Shown piece by piece: positions 40,233 to 49,138 of a stretch of DNA of 64,000 nucleotides (the stretch's first letter is position 1; every line of letters starts with the position of its first letter). Made by a program: the position numbers and the translations under genes. Below the pieces are notes generated by a model. That model saw only the letters and a list, made by a program, of their open reading frames with translations, was not told the DNA's origin and did no database searches. The DNA lies in the IMG/VR virus record IMGVR_UViG_3300047160_007019, positions 1 to 64,000 of that record; one strand, 5' to 3'. This DNA is from a virus (taxonomy: Duplodnaviria; Caudoviricetes).

Positions 40233-40594
40233 GATGTCGCTCCTGCCGTGCCAGGGCGTCGGCGCGGCGTTGCTGTGGTGACTTGCACGATTTCCAATTC
40301 CGGCAAGCGCCCTTCGTCCAATGCCTTCTGCTGCGCTTCGGAAAACTGCGATTCCGGTGGAATGACCGGCTGCGCGAGGATCGTCTGCTCGGTCTGCACC
40401 ACCAGCTCAGCCAGCGCGTCCGAAAACTGGTGCGTGGGATGGCTAACGCCGAATCCGATCTTGCGTATGTCCTTCAGCAGAAGCTTCCAGTCCCGCATGG
40501 GCATGGTCAGCGTGATGGTGGCCTCGACCTCCTCGGGGCGTTCCAGGCGGACGGTGGCTTTCATAGCCACTTCACTCCATCTTTCACAGTACAT
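40229..40594 (-). CDS. hypothetical protein (start may be 40564)
   Basis: coupled ORF. Confidence 0.5.
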   Translation of the reverse strand: MYCERWSEVAMKATVRLERPEEVEATITLTMPMRDWKLLLKDIRKIGFGVSHPTHQFSDALAELVVQTEQTILAQPVIPPESQFSEAQQKALDEGRLPELEIVQVTTATPRRRPGTAGATS

Positions 40595-40826
40595 GGAAAT
40601 AACCTTCGACCATGAGTTCTAGAAGCCGGACCACGCTCCAACACGCCAGCGATACCTATCCGCGTGATGTTGTGGTCGATCAGCGTGCCAGAGTCCCGGA
40701 TCAGTTCGTATTCCTCTCCAGCGACGGTGATGTAAACGGCCACCCCATGGCCGTCCGGAAGGCTGTGGAGAGTGACATTCTCCACTTCCCCGATCAGTTC
40801 CAGTAAGCGCTTATTGTCGATGCGGT

Positions 40827-41060
40827 TCACGGCGTAATCCCCATCGCCTTGATGCAATCGACGTACTCGCGCTCTTGGCGCTCCAAGCCGATCAACTTTT
40901 GTTCGGCTTCGGAGAGTGATTGCTGTGCACGTCGCTTTTCTCCTGACGCTTCGTTGATGCCGCACCGGATGAGGTAAAGACCGTGCAGCAGATGTTCCTC
41001 CGGAGTGGTCGGGGAAACAAAGTCCTTGCTGCGCTTTTCGACATACTGCTGATAGTTCAT
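40827..41060 (-). CDS. hypothetical protein
   Basis: coupled ORF. Confidence 0.5.
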   Translation of the reverse strand: MNYQQYVEKRSKDFVSPTTPEEHLLHGLYLIRCGINEASGEKRRAQQSLSEAEQKLIGLERQEREYVDCIKAMGITP

Positions 41061-41404
41061 GGTGAATCACTCCCGTTGACTTCGACACAGCGGCCGGCGC
41101 GGATGTAGCCGTGCCACATGCAGCCGCCGCAGTTGATGCTTGGCGTGAAGGTGGGTGAGGCCGTATTGCCATCCCATATCCACTGCGCAACGCCGCCGTT
41201 CTGTCCGTTCGGATCGTGCTTGATGCCGTGGTGTTCGGTGTGCGGACCCGGTATCAGCAGAAGGTGTCCGCATTCCTCCTCATCCATTCCTGCCGGGCGT
41301 CCGCGGTTGAATACCGGGCAGCGGAAGGTGAAGCGCGCCGGCTTCTGGCCGGCAGGACAAGGCTGGTGATCCAGAGTCAGGAACTGCACGTTCGCTGCGC
41401 TCAT
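41057..41404 (-). CDS. DUF6527-like Cys/His protein
   Basis: WDGN..SPTFTPSINCGGCMWHGYIRAG. Confidence 0.6.
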   Translation of the reverse strand: MSAANVQFLTLDHQPCPAGQKPARFTFRCPVFNRGRPAGMDEEECGHLLLIPGPHTEHHGIKHDPNGQNGGVAQWIWDGNTASPTFTPSINCGGCMWHGYIRAGRCVEVNGSDSP

Positions 41405-41405
41405 G

Positions 41406-42959
41406 TCATTTCCATTTCACGTTGACGATAGGCCGCGCTGGCGAACGCGCAGCGGTCGAAGGTAGGCCAGCAATAATCGGCGCCAACTGCATGCCCATCA
41501 CGCCAGTGCGGAAGGCATCCGCGCAGTGGCTGGCGTCATCGTGCAGGGGGATGTCGCTCCACACGCTCATCGCTGCGTTCCACTTCTTGCGATAGCGTTC
41601 CATTTTCTGGATGCCTTCCGCGCAATGCGATTCATCGAACACGCAGAACGGCAAGGTCCGGCGCACCGCCTCGATGCCGTTCTCGATCGAGCATGGTTCG
41701 ACCACTTCGAAGATCAGGCCGTGATCGGCGGCGCTTTGCAGTTGGGTCTTGCCGGTTGACCAGCGGCCCTGGTTCAAGTCGTGAGGTCCGACACAGCGCA
41801 TGGACCGGACCTTGTTGTCCTCCATCCACTTCTTGACGTAGGCGGCGTAATGCGCAACGCCTTCGCCGCTGGCCTGATAGAAGTCGATCACGTAGATGAT
41901 GCGGCCCTGGCGCTGGACAAACCATATCGCTGTGCCGTCGCCACCGATGTCCCACCAGGTTTCGACCGGCAAAGTAGGATCGTAAGGCACATCGGTGATG
42001 CGCCCGGACTGCCATGCGGCCAGCATCTGCGAACCGTAGTAGGCGCCTTCCGTGGAGGACTTGAACGCTTCCTCTGGGGTGCTCGGGAATTCCCGGTACA
42101 TCATCTCGCCGTATTCGCGCTTCATCAGGCAGTACCAGCGGCGCTGCCCTGGAGTGAAGCGACGGCGGATCATCGCCTCCAGCTTGTTGAGGTACACCGT
42201 CTCGGTATCACGGTGTTCGGCAAACGGCGTGCTGGTGTCAGCGGTGTAGGTTGGCTCCAGGTACCAAGGCAGGAACTTGAAATTCCACAGCGAGTTACCG
42301 GCACCCTTTTGCGATTCCGTGCAGATGCGGGCGAAGTCGCCGCCCTGGCCCATTGCCGTGGACTCGACGACGGTAATGCCGCGCTGCGCCGCAATGAATG
42401 CGCCGGTCTTGATTTCCTCGGCGCGCAGCGGCTGGCGAGCGCAGATGTAGCCGTACTCCGTGACGTGCAGAACCTGCAAGTTGCCGGAGCGGAAGGACAC
42501 ACCGCAGCTGATGTTGGCACCGTTGGCAAAGCCGATTTCAGATTCGGTCCGCTTCACCACGCGGTTCCCAGGGATGTTCCTGATTTCCTCCGGCAGGTTG
42601 TCGTATGGGGCGCAGATTTTGTTCTTGAAAATCTTGCTGGCATCGCCCTTGGTGTGGGCAATGATGCCGATCTGCAGGCCGTCGTTGTTGAACAGGGCGG
42701 CGTCAAGCCACATCGTGCAGTATGCGGTGGTCACCCGCATCTGGCGTCCCTTCAGGATGCAGACCTTTGGCTTCACATAATCGTAAAGCATCTCCTGGGT
42801 CTGGAATGGAATGAAGTTCTTGATCGCGCCATCGTCGTTACGCACCTTGTACAGGGAGCGCAGCCGCCAGCGCCTGTCAGTCAACTTGTCGCGCAATTGG
42901 TCAACGCCAGCATCAACCTCCGCTTGATCCTGTGCGTGCATGGCGCCGTCGTATCCCAT
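41406..42959 (-). CDS. terL: terminase large subunit
   Basis: ILKGRQMRVTT (Walker A-like), VESTA, EFPSTPEEAF, PHDL, HDDASHCADAFR. Confidence 0.95.
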   Translation of the reverse strand: MGYDGAMHAQDQAEVDAGVDQLRDKLTDRRWRLRSLYKVRNDDGAIKNFIPFQTQEMLYDYVKPKVCILKGRQMRVTTAYCTMWLDAALFNNDGLQIGIIAHTKGDASKIFKNKICAPYDNLPEEIRNIPGNRVVKRTESEIGFANGANISCGVSFRSGNLQVLHVTEYGYICARQPLRAEEIKTGAFIAAQRGITVVESTAMGQGGDFARICTESQKGAGNSLWNFKFLPWYLEPTYTADTSTPFAEHRDTETVYLNKLEAMIRRRFTPGQRRWYCLMKREYGEMMYREFPSTPEEAFKSSTEGAYYGSQMLAAWQSGRITDVPYDPTLPVETWWDIGGDGTAIWFVQRQGRIIYVIDFYQASGEGVAHYAAYVKKWMEDNKVRSMRCVGPHDLNQGRWSTGKTQLQSAADHGLIFEVVEPCSIENGIEAVRRTLPFCVFDESHCAEGIQKMERYRKKWNAAMSVWSDIPLHDDASHCADAFRTGVMGMQLAPIIAGLPSTAARSPARPIVNVKWK

Positions 42960-42968
42960 GCCTGGGAG

Positions 42969-43571
42969 TCAACCGGGGCCTGGCAGCGCAGCGGGAGGTT
43001 CCGGCGTCAGCAGGCCCTGCACGCCTCCACCGGCATCCTTGGCACGCTGTACGAGCTCCACGAATCCCTGGCTCATGCCGCGGCCCATGTCCTCTGCCTC
43101 CTTCGCAAAGAGGTTGTGGTGACGCGCCAGCAGCGCGGCGGCATAGAGCTTCTGCTGGGTGGAGATACGGAAACCCTCGATCCGGAAGTCCTTGACGGTC
43201 TTGCCGTTGCGTTCCACCACGCCATTGGCGTTGATCTCGAAACCCATGCAGGCTGCCACGTCCTCGGGCCAGTCCTTGGGGTCCAGTAGCAGACCGTCCT
43301 CGCCGTAGAAGTCTGCAGGCTTGAGCCGGACCACGCGAGACAACCAAGTCACCAGTTCATCGGCTTCAAGCTGCAGCCGCCGCAACTGCGACTGGTGGAG
43401 AGTGCGGATACGGGCCTGCACATTCTCCATGCCGATCAACTGGCTGCCGGCGCTGCGGCTGTTGTAGCCAGCCCGGCGGGCGGCACCTGTGGCGTTGCCG
43501 TCTTTCAGATATTCCCGCGCGAAGCGCTCGCGCATCGGGTTGCCGATGGCAGATTCACGCACGGACGGCAT
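42969..43571 (-). CDS. terS: terminase small subunit
   Basis: FAREYLKDGNATGAARRAGY; directly upstream of terL. Confidence 0.85.
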   Translation of the reverse strand: MPSVRESAIGNPMRERFAREYLKDGNATGAARRAGYNSRSAGSQLIGMENVQARIRTLHQSQLRRLQLEADELVTWLSRVVRLKPADFYGEDGLLLDPKDWPEDVAACMGFEINANGVVERNGKTVKDFRIEGFRISTQQKLYAAALLARHHNLFAKEAEDMGRGMSQGFVELVQRAKDAGGGVQGLLTPEPPAALPGPG

Positions 43572-43854
43572 CGCCATTCCCCTTTGGAGCATGCAGGTAC
43601 TGGTCGCGCACCATGGCGTCGATTCCAGCCGGCAGCGCCAACTTCTTGTTGTCCTTGTGATACGGCAGCAGCACGAACGGCGGATCGCGCTCGGTGCGGA
43701 TCGCGTCATAGGCGCGGCGGAACACGATGCCCACCTTCTCGTTGAACGAGACGTTGCAGTCGCCGGCCACGGCCATCAGCACCATGATGGTGTCGTGGAT
43801 GTCCTTGTATTCCTGTTCCTGGAGCAGGAACGTGCCGTTGCCTTTTCTTTCCAT
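43555..43854 (-). CDS. hypothetical protein
   Basis: ORF. Confidence 0.55.
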   Translation of the reverse strand: MERKGNGTFLLQEQEYKDIHDTIMVLMAVAGDCNVSFNEKVGIVFRRAYDAIRTERDPPFVLLPYHKDNKKLALPAGIDAMVRDQYLHAPKGNGDAVRA

Positions 43855-44134
43855 CTGCTACTTTTCCTTCAATGAACAGTCGTGGTCGACGTTGGGCTTT
43901 GCGCGGTCCTCATGTCCAGAAGATCGGCGGCGCAGACCTCGGCGGCGGCACGGTTGAGAATTTCGGTTGTACCGGCTGCCTCTCGCGGCCAGATGCGGTG
44001 GATCTGCGCCTGAAAAGCCACTTCGCACAGTCTCCAGCCGAGAAGAAAACCCACCACGAACAGGACGGTCCCGGTGAGTGCCAGAACAATCATGTCGTGG
44101 TGGGTCATCTCTCCTTTCCCTTCCCCAGGAAGCC

Positions 44135-44512
44135 TTAGGCGTCCTGCCAGTTGCTGATGCCGTCGGAAACCAGGTTCAGCTTGCCACCGGCGGCGTTGAT
44201 GACCGGGCTGGTGCCGGCGCCGTTGTAGTGGTCGGAGCCGTTGAGGGTCAGCGTCAGGGTGTTGCCGCTGGTGCAGCCGCGGTGCGCGTCGACCACCTTG
44301 AGCTGGACGCCGGCACCAAAGGCGGCAGCGGTCGGCAGCGAGAGGGTGCGGGCACCGGTCAGGGCCACGGTCGTGACGATGACGCGCTCGCCCTGGCCCA
44401 TCACCTTCTGGTTCGGCAGCGGAGTGGCCGGCGGGGTCAGGCCGACCGATTCGTCGCCGATGGTGCGGAGGCCTCCGTCGCTGGGGTAAAACGGGTCTTG
44501 TGTCGAAAGCAT
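44135..44512 (-). CDS. small beta-rich protein resembling fibre/decoration domains
   Basis: RTLSLPTAA..G..LKVVD...LVSDGISNW. Confidence 0.55.
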   Translation of the reverse strand: MLSTQDPFYPSDGGLRTIGDESVGLTPPATPLPNQKVMGQGERVIVTTVALTGARTLSLPTAAAFGAGVQLKVVDAHRGCTSGNTLTLTLNGSDHYNGAGTSPVINAAGGKLNLVSDGISNWQDA

Positions 44513-44608
44513 GTTTCAATCTCCTGCGGTTGTGGTCGGGTGCGGAGCTACGGTCTTTGGCGGAAAGGCCGGCGCTCCGCTGCCGGCACTCCGTTCATCA
44601 AAACGGTT

Positions 44609-44923
44609 TTAAGGCGGCGCCGTGGCGACGTTGTGGGGCTCCTTGGATTCCCCTTGCGCCGGCAGTCCGGCCTGGAAGTCCTCGCGGGCGGTCCGTCGCG
44701 TCTGTTTCAGGTGGCGCTGGTACTGCTTGCCGGTCATGCCCAGCGCAGCGGCTTCCTGGCGCATCCGTGCTTTCTCGGGGTTCGGTACGGCAGGCTTGCC
44801 GTGGGACGGCGCGCCGATCCCGCTCTTGAGCTCGGCGCGACGATGGTGGATCAGCAGTTCCGGCCGCACCGCGCGACCGCCCATGCCGTCGGTGTAGAAC
44901 GGGGCCTTTGGCTTCTCGTTCAC
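44609..44923 (-). CDS. basic hypothetical protein
   Basis: ORF; GMTGKQYQR. Confidence 0.5.
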   Translation of the reverse strand: MNEKPKAPFYTDGMGGRAVRPELLIHHRRAELKSGIGAPSHGKPAVPNPEKARMRQEAAALGMTGKQYQRHLKQTRRTAREDFQAGLPAQGESKEPHNVATAPP

Positions 44924-45061
44924 TTCTTCCGGCCGCCGCCGCGCTTCTGCTGCACCTTCAGGAAAGGCTTTTGCTTCGCCTTCACCAGCTTGAGTGCAGC
45001 CGGCATGTGGCCCTGGTAGCGGGACGGCTTGGGGGATTGACGGACGGTGGTCATGGTGCCC

Positions 45062-45286
45062 TCAGAAGAACGTCGGCTTGGCTACGGCGCGTGTGAGCGC
45101 CATTAAGCCCGTCTGAAGGTCGGTGGCGCCGATGCTGACCCAGCGCTGGTCAATCTCCGGCGCGGCCCGCAGCTTGGCCACGAGAGCGCCCAACTCCTCG
45201 CCCTTGGCCTTGACCTCGTTCATCAGGTCAATCTCGGTCTGGGACAGTTCGCGGTAGCCCTTGATCTGGCGGTGCTGGTTGTCCAT
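45062..45286 (-). CDS. acb2: anti-CBASS protein Acb2 (cyclic oligonucleotide sponge) homolog
   Basis: MDNQHRQIKGYRELSQTEIDLMNEVK...RWVSIGATDLQTGLMALTRAVAKP closely follows the Pseudomonas phage Acb2 sequence as recalled. Confidence 0.9.
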   Translation of the reverse strand: MDNQHRQIKGYRELSQTEIDLMNEVKAKGEELGALVAKLRAAPEIDQRWVSIGATDLQTGLMALTRAVAKPTFF

Positions 45287-45290
45287 GGCC

Positions 45291-45755
45291 TCAACTCGCG
45301 GCTTCGGTCTGGTGCGTCCGCTCTGCAGCGGCGGCCTGCTCCATCTCGGCAGCGGTGGGCGGAGCGGGTTCTTCCTGATGCGCAGCCGGGTTGGGAGCGT
45401 CAGACTCGGCGACCGCAGACCCAGCGGGTGCGGCCGGCGGCTTGACGCTGACCGCGATGTGGACAGCTTCCGGTCCGTGCTTCTCGATCAACTTCTGCAC
45501 GTCGGCCAGGGAGACGGTCTGCGCCTCGCTAAAAGCGGCAGCAGCAACGGCCTCGGTCGCCTTGCCGGTGAACACATCGGTCAGGGTTTTGCCATCGGGG
45601 CCGCGCTTCGGCTGCAGGGTGCCCAGTTCCGCCTCGTAGGCCCCCAGCTTGGCCGTGGCCGATGTGACAATGGCCGTGGCAGCGGACAACTCGGCGCGGT
45701 GGGCCTTGATGAGCGCGGTCAACTCGATCACGCGCAAATGGTTGATTACCGACAT
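45291..45755 (-). CDS. hypothetical Ala-rich protein
   Basis: AGGAG SD before ATG 45755. Confidence 0.6.
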   Translation of the reverse strand: MSVINHLRVIELTALIKAHRAELSAATAIVTSATAKLGAYEAELGTLQPKRGPDGKTLTDVFTGKATEAVAAAAFSEAQTVSLADVQKLIEKHGPEAVHIAVSVKPPAAPAGSAVAESDAPNPAAHQEEPAPPTAAEMEQAAAAERTHQTEAAS

Positions 45756-45759
45756 GGAT

Positions 45760-46050
45760 TCACTCCTTGGGGTTGGACGCTGGCGGGAATGCCGCCAGGT
45801 AATTGGCCTCGCCTGGATGGCCAGGGGTATGGCCGAGAACGATAGTGGTCTGCGGCTTCTGGCCGGGCAGCGCGGGCCGCTCGTCGCCGTAGTCAATGAA
45901 CCGGCCGGTGTCAGGCAGGCCGTTGGCGTCAGCTGCGGCTTTCAGGCCGGCCAGGACGCGGTTGGCACCGGGGGAACGGAGTTTGCGCAGGCCGAGTGCT
46001 GACTGCTCCAGGACTTTGAAGTCGCTGGGAATCTTGGCGTGTTCGGCCAT
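45760..46050 (-). CDS. hypothetical protein
   Basis: GGAGG SD. Confidence 0.6.
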   Translation of the reverse strand: MAEHAKIPSDFKVLEQSALGLRKLRSPGANRVLAGLKAAADANGLPDTGRFIDYGDERPALPGQKPQTTIVLGHTPGHPGEANYLAAFPPASNPKE

Positions 46051-46063
46051 GGGCGACCTCCGG

Positions 46064-46093
46064 AAATTAAAAACCCCACCTTATCGTGGGGTT
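46064..46093 (-). terminator. rho-independent terminator
   Basis: AACCCCAC/GTGGGGTT stem followed by a T-rich run on minus strand. Confidence 0.7.
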
Positions 46094-46483
46094 CCGCCTG
46101 ACGTGGTTGCCCTCGCGCTTTTACGAGGTGTCGTCTCAGCGGTACAGCGCCTGAGATGAGACTGGTGGTCGTTGCCGCCTATTGCTGGCACAAGGCTTCG
46201 ATGCTCGCGCAGCCGCGGCCGTTTCGCCAGCGTCTCTCAGGGTTCGGGGTTGTTCTACATCAGCCGGGGAAGCCCAGCAGCCGTTTGAATGCTACCTGCT
46301 GGGCTCCCCGAAATTCCCTTCACGGTCGGGAGTTTGTTCGCTTCCAGCGCGGCCACCGTGGCGCTGGGGTTCTACTTCGGCCCTGGCTCCGTGGAGCGTG
46401 TCGGTGGCCGGCAAGATGGCGGGATGTGACCTCACCGCCGGGTCGCGCATCGTGTGCCAGAGGCCGCACGGCGCTGAGAATTT

Positions 46484-46533
46484 TGGTAGCGGAGGGTGGA
46501 CTCGAACCACCGACTTCCGGCTTATGAGGCCGG
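46484..46533 (-). pseudogene. 3' part of a tRNA(CAU) (anticodon arm, T arm, acceptor 3' strand, CCA); D arm and 5' strand missing
   Basis: CCGGC-CTCATAA-GCCGG AAGTC GGTGG-TTCGAGT-CCACC CTCCGCT A CCA. Confidence 0.85.
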
Positions 46534-46542
46534 TGAATCCTC

Positions 46543-46767
46543 GTGATCCCAGATCAGCAGCCTGATCCTTCGTTTCAAGTCACCGTTTCGTTCACGGAGA
46601 TTTCGACTCTCCGTGACGAGAATGCGGCGCTCCGACAGGAGAATGCGGCGCTCAAGGCAGACAAGGCGAAACTCCAAACGGAGAACGAAGCGCTTAAGCA
46701 AGAGATTGCCCGGTTGCGTGAACCACGCAGCAAATCCAGGCCGGTCGAACCAGTTAAGTGGAAATAG
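46543..46767 (+). CDS. short coiled-coil protein (possibly 5'-truncated passenger)
   Basis: LRDENAALRQENAALK heptads; opposite strand to late operon. Confidence 0.5.
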   Translation: MIPDQQPDPSFQVTVSFTEISTLRDENAALRQENAALKADKAKLQTENEALKQEIARLREPRSKSRPVEPVKWK

Positions 46768-46813
46768 TAGGCGACTTACTACAGCGATCCACAGCTTAAC
46801 AGCGAGAATCCTC

Positions 46814-47284
46814 ATGTCAGACTTCTCCAATCCGATCTTCCACGATGAAACCAAGGCCCGCGAGTGGCTGGAAGCCCGGCTGTGGCCGAACGGTCCGGTT
46901 TGCCCGCATTGCGGCACCATCGACGAAGCGACGTTGATGCAAGGACAATCCCACCGCGCCGGCCTCTACCAGTGCAATGCTTGCCGCGAGCCGTTTACTG
47001 TGACGGTCGGCACGCTCTACGAGCGTTCCAAGATTCCGCTTCACAAGTGGCTCGCAGCCACGCACTTGATGATGGCGAGCAAGAAAGGGATCAGCGCGCT
47101 ACAGGTCGGGCGTATGCTCGGGTTTAGCAAAAAGACCGCATGGTTCGTTTGCCATCGCATCCGCGAAAGCCTGCGAGAGACGAACCCGGAACTGCTTGGT
47201 GGTGGTCCTGACGGCACCATCGAGGCCGATGAAACCTACGTGGGCGGCAAGGAGCGCAACAAGCACCGCTCCAAGCGCGAGTAG
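46814..47284 (+). mobile_element. IS1595-family transposase, C-terminally truncated
   Basis: DETKAREWLEARLWPNGPVCPHCG zinc ribbon; IEADETYVGGK then stop before the remaining DDE residues. Confidence 0.9.
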
Positions 47285-47310
47285 TGACATAGCGGTGAAG
47301 TGCGCCCTGT

Positions 47311-47577
47311 TCATCGCAGAAAAGCCGATACCCGGTGGCGCACCTTCCGCAATGTCAAACTGGTCAAACTTCCAAGGCTCCGCAGCCGGTAGTATGCAGA
47401 CGCTTTCAGGAATACAGCGGCTGAGCGAAGGTGTGTACCTGTGTTCTTTAGATGATGGCCTGACCCCTCTGACCATCCTCGATAGTCTCGCCACAAAGTG
47501 GCACATTCCGTCTCGTACGTTGTTCTTCGAATCTGATCCGCCGTTTGTCGTGAATCCTGGGGCGTAATTTCGCGCAT
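47311..47577 (-). CDS. hypothetical passenger protein
   Basis: GGAGG SD before ATG 47577. Confidence 0.45.
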   Translation of the reverse strand: MREITPQDSRQTADQIRRTTYETECATLWRDYRGWSEGSGHHLKNTGTHLRSAAVFLKASAYYRLRSLGSLTSLTLRKVRHRVSAFLR

Positions 47578-47587
47578 AGCACCTCCT

Positions 47588-47908
47588 ATGAGCGATTCCC
47601 AGCAAAAAGAGCTAACGCCTGCGCTGCGTCTCAAGATCGCCAAGCCAGGCCACCAGGTAGCGAAAAAGTCAAAACTGACATTCCACGCAAACGAAGCCGA
47701 ACACGTAGCTAGGTGCCTGCTGGCTACTCAAGGTTTGTTTGACGCTTTGCACGAGAAGCATTTCCCCGACGCACGGCCCGTGGTTTACGGGCTTCAAGCA
47801 TTGCCGAAAACACCCTTTCAGCAACTTCGTCTGGACTATCTTCAACTTCTAAACCAGAGAAAAAAGGCAACAGCACGTAGCCGCCAGCAGCGCGCATCTG
47901 GTAAGTGA
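47588..47908 (+). CDS. hypothetical passenger protein
   Basis: ORF inside IS-derived segment. Confidence 0.45.
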   Translation: MSDSQQKELTPALRLKIAKPGHQVAKKSKLTFHANEAEHVARCLLATQGLFDALHEKHFPDARPVVYGLQALPKTPFQQLRLDYLQLLNQRKKATARSRQQRASGK

Positions 47909-47940
47909 TCCTAATGTGTTTTGGTCCGCCGTTCGTCATA

Positions 47941-47965
47941 GTGCTACGTTAAAGTGATAATTCCC
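47941..47965. mobile_element. putative IS1595 (ISNwi1-like) terminal inverted repeat end
   Basis: reverse complement GGGAATTATC resembles the ggnnatTAT end motif; GC content changes here. Confidence 0.45.
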
Positions 47966-48112
47966 CCCGATCCCTACCAGCACCGCCGGGTCCTACTCAC
48001 CAACCCAAGGAACCGTCATGAAAAACCTTCGCGCACGGTTCGTCCGCTGCAAATCCTATGATTTTTAACGTTCAACTGCAAGTAGGACCGCCTAATGGCC
48101 TGTGGATAAATC

Positions 48113-48679
48113 CTACTGCATGGCCTTCTGCAGCGGATTTGCGCAGCTCTCCAGCCACGCTTGCTGGTCGGCCGTGATCTTCCTGCCGCTCATCACCAGC
48201 AGCAGGTAGCGCGCCGGATCGGGCTCGTATGGGACCGCCAGGAGGCGCATGCCGGCCTGCTCGGGCGTCCGGTCGCGCTTGTGGTGGTTGCACTTCGAAC
48301 AGGCGCTGGCTACGTTGGTCCAGACGTTGCGGCCGCCGCGGCTGGTCGGGACGACGTGATCGCGGGTCAGGCCGGCCGGGCCATGCTTGGTGCCGCAGTA
48401 CAGACACAGATGGCCGTCTCGCTGGAACAGTGCACGGTTGGTGAGCGGCGGTGCACGGCGCTTGTCGAACCGGTGCCCCCGGTCGGCCACCGCGATGATG
48501 GAGTTGAGGGCCAGGATCGACTGCTGACCGTCCCGGCGCTGACCGCCACGGACCACGAATGTTGTCTCTCCAGCCTCCCACTTCACCCGGTCGCGGGCGT
48601 AGAGCGTGGCAGCCTCCTGCCAGGCGATCCACTCGACCGGCGATCCGGAAACGTCCAGTTTCAGTATGTGAGGCGACAC
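48113..48679 (-). CDS. HNH endonuclease (McrA/COG1403-like) directly after tRNA array
   Basis: LFQRDGHLCLYCG...TRDHVVPTSRGG..VWTNVASACSKCNHHK. Confidence 0.9.
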   Translation of the reverse strand: MSPHILKLDVSGSPVEWIAWQEAATLYARDRVKWEAGETTFVVRGGQRRDGQQSILALNSIIAVADRGHRFDKRRAPPLTNRALFQRDGHLCLYCGTKHGPAGLTRDHVVPTSRGGRNVWTNVASACSKCNHHKRDRTPEQAGMRLLAVPYEPDPARYLLLVMSGRKITADQQAWLESCANPLQKAMQ

Positions 48680-48735
48680 GGCATTTGCTCCCTATTAGGG
48701 CTAGTCTCTGACAGCTTGGGTCGTTTGCACAATGA

Positions 48736-48811
48736 TGGTACCCCTGGGGAGACTCGAACTCCCGACACCCAACTTAGAACGAAGGGACTCTACCGACTGA
48801 GCTACAGGGGT
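48736..48811 (-). tRNA. tRNA-Arg(TCT), weak anticodon stem
   Basis: cloverleaf, loop GT-TCT-AA, CCA. Confidence 0.75.
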
Positions 48812-48823
48812 ATGGCGGACGGT

Positions 48824-48899
48824 TGGATCAAGCAGCAGGAATCGAACCTGCGTGGTCGACGTTCAAAGCGTCGCTGGGATGCCAGCAACCCATGCTTGA
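48824..48899 (-). tRNA. tRNA-Gln(TTG)
   Basis: loop CT-TTG-AA, CCA. Confidence 0.85.
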
Positions 48900-48900
48900 A

Positions 48901-48975
48901 TGGAACGCCAGGAGGGAATCGAACCCTCGGCCACCCCGCTAGGACCGGGGAGCTCTACCGCTGAGCTACTGGCGT
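48901..48975 (-). tRNA. tRNA-Arg(CCT)
   Basis: loop GT-CCT-AG. Confidence 0.85.
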
Positions 48976-48978
48976 GTG

Positions 48979-49056
48979 TGGTGCGCAGTGTGGGAGTCGA
49001 ACCCACAAGCCGCTCGTTTTGAGCGAGCGAGGTATGCCAGTTCCCTTCAACTGCGC
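48979..49056 (-). tRNA. tRNA-Leu(CAA), no variable arm
   Basis: loop CT-CAA-AA; 5-nt V loop. Confidence 0.85.
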
Positions 49057-49057
49057 G

Positions 49058-49134
49058 TGGTGCCGGGCCGGGGACTCGAACCCCGAAAACGCAAGGTTTA
49101 AATCTGCGATGTCTGCCGATTGCATCAGCCCGGC
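49058..49134 (-). tRNA. tRNA-Leu(TAA), no variable arm
   Basis: loop TT-TAA-AC; 5-nt V loop. Confidence 0.8.
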
Positions 49135-49138
49135 GTAG

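Noticed and set aside
37747-43289. Long plus-strand ORFs (672 aa, 502 aa) opposite portal and terminase
   Set aside because: Antisense shadows of high-GC coding sequence with no motifs
46094-46533. Permuted tmRNA or SRP RNA
   Set aside because: The tRNA piece has a real CAU anticodon arm and no G3.U70; no tag ORF or SRP CAGG...GGAA...AGCAG motif seen
47966-48000. GGCGGTGCTGGTAG as the missing 5' half of the split tRNA(CAU)
   Set aside because: It pairs only partly with the acceptor 3' strand, forms no D stem, and no target-site duplication links it to 46533
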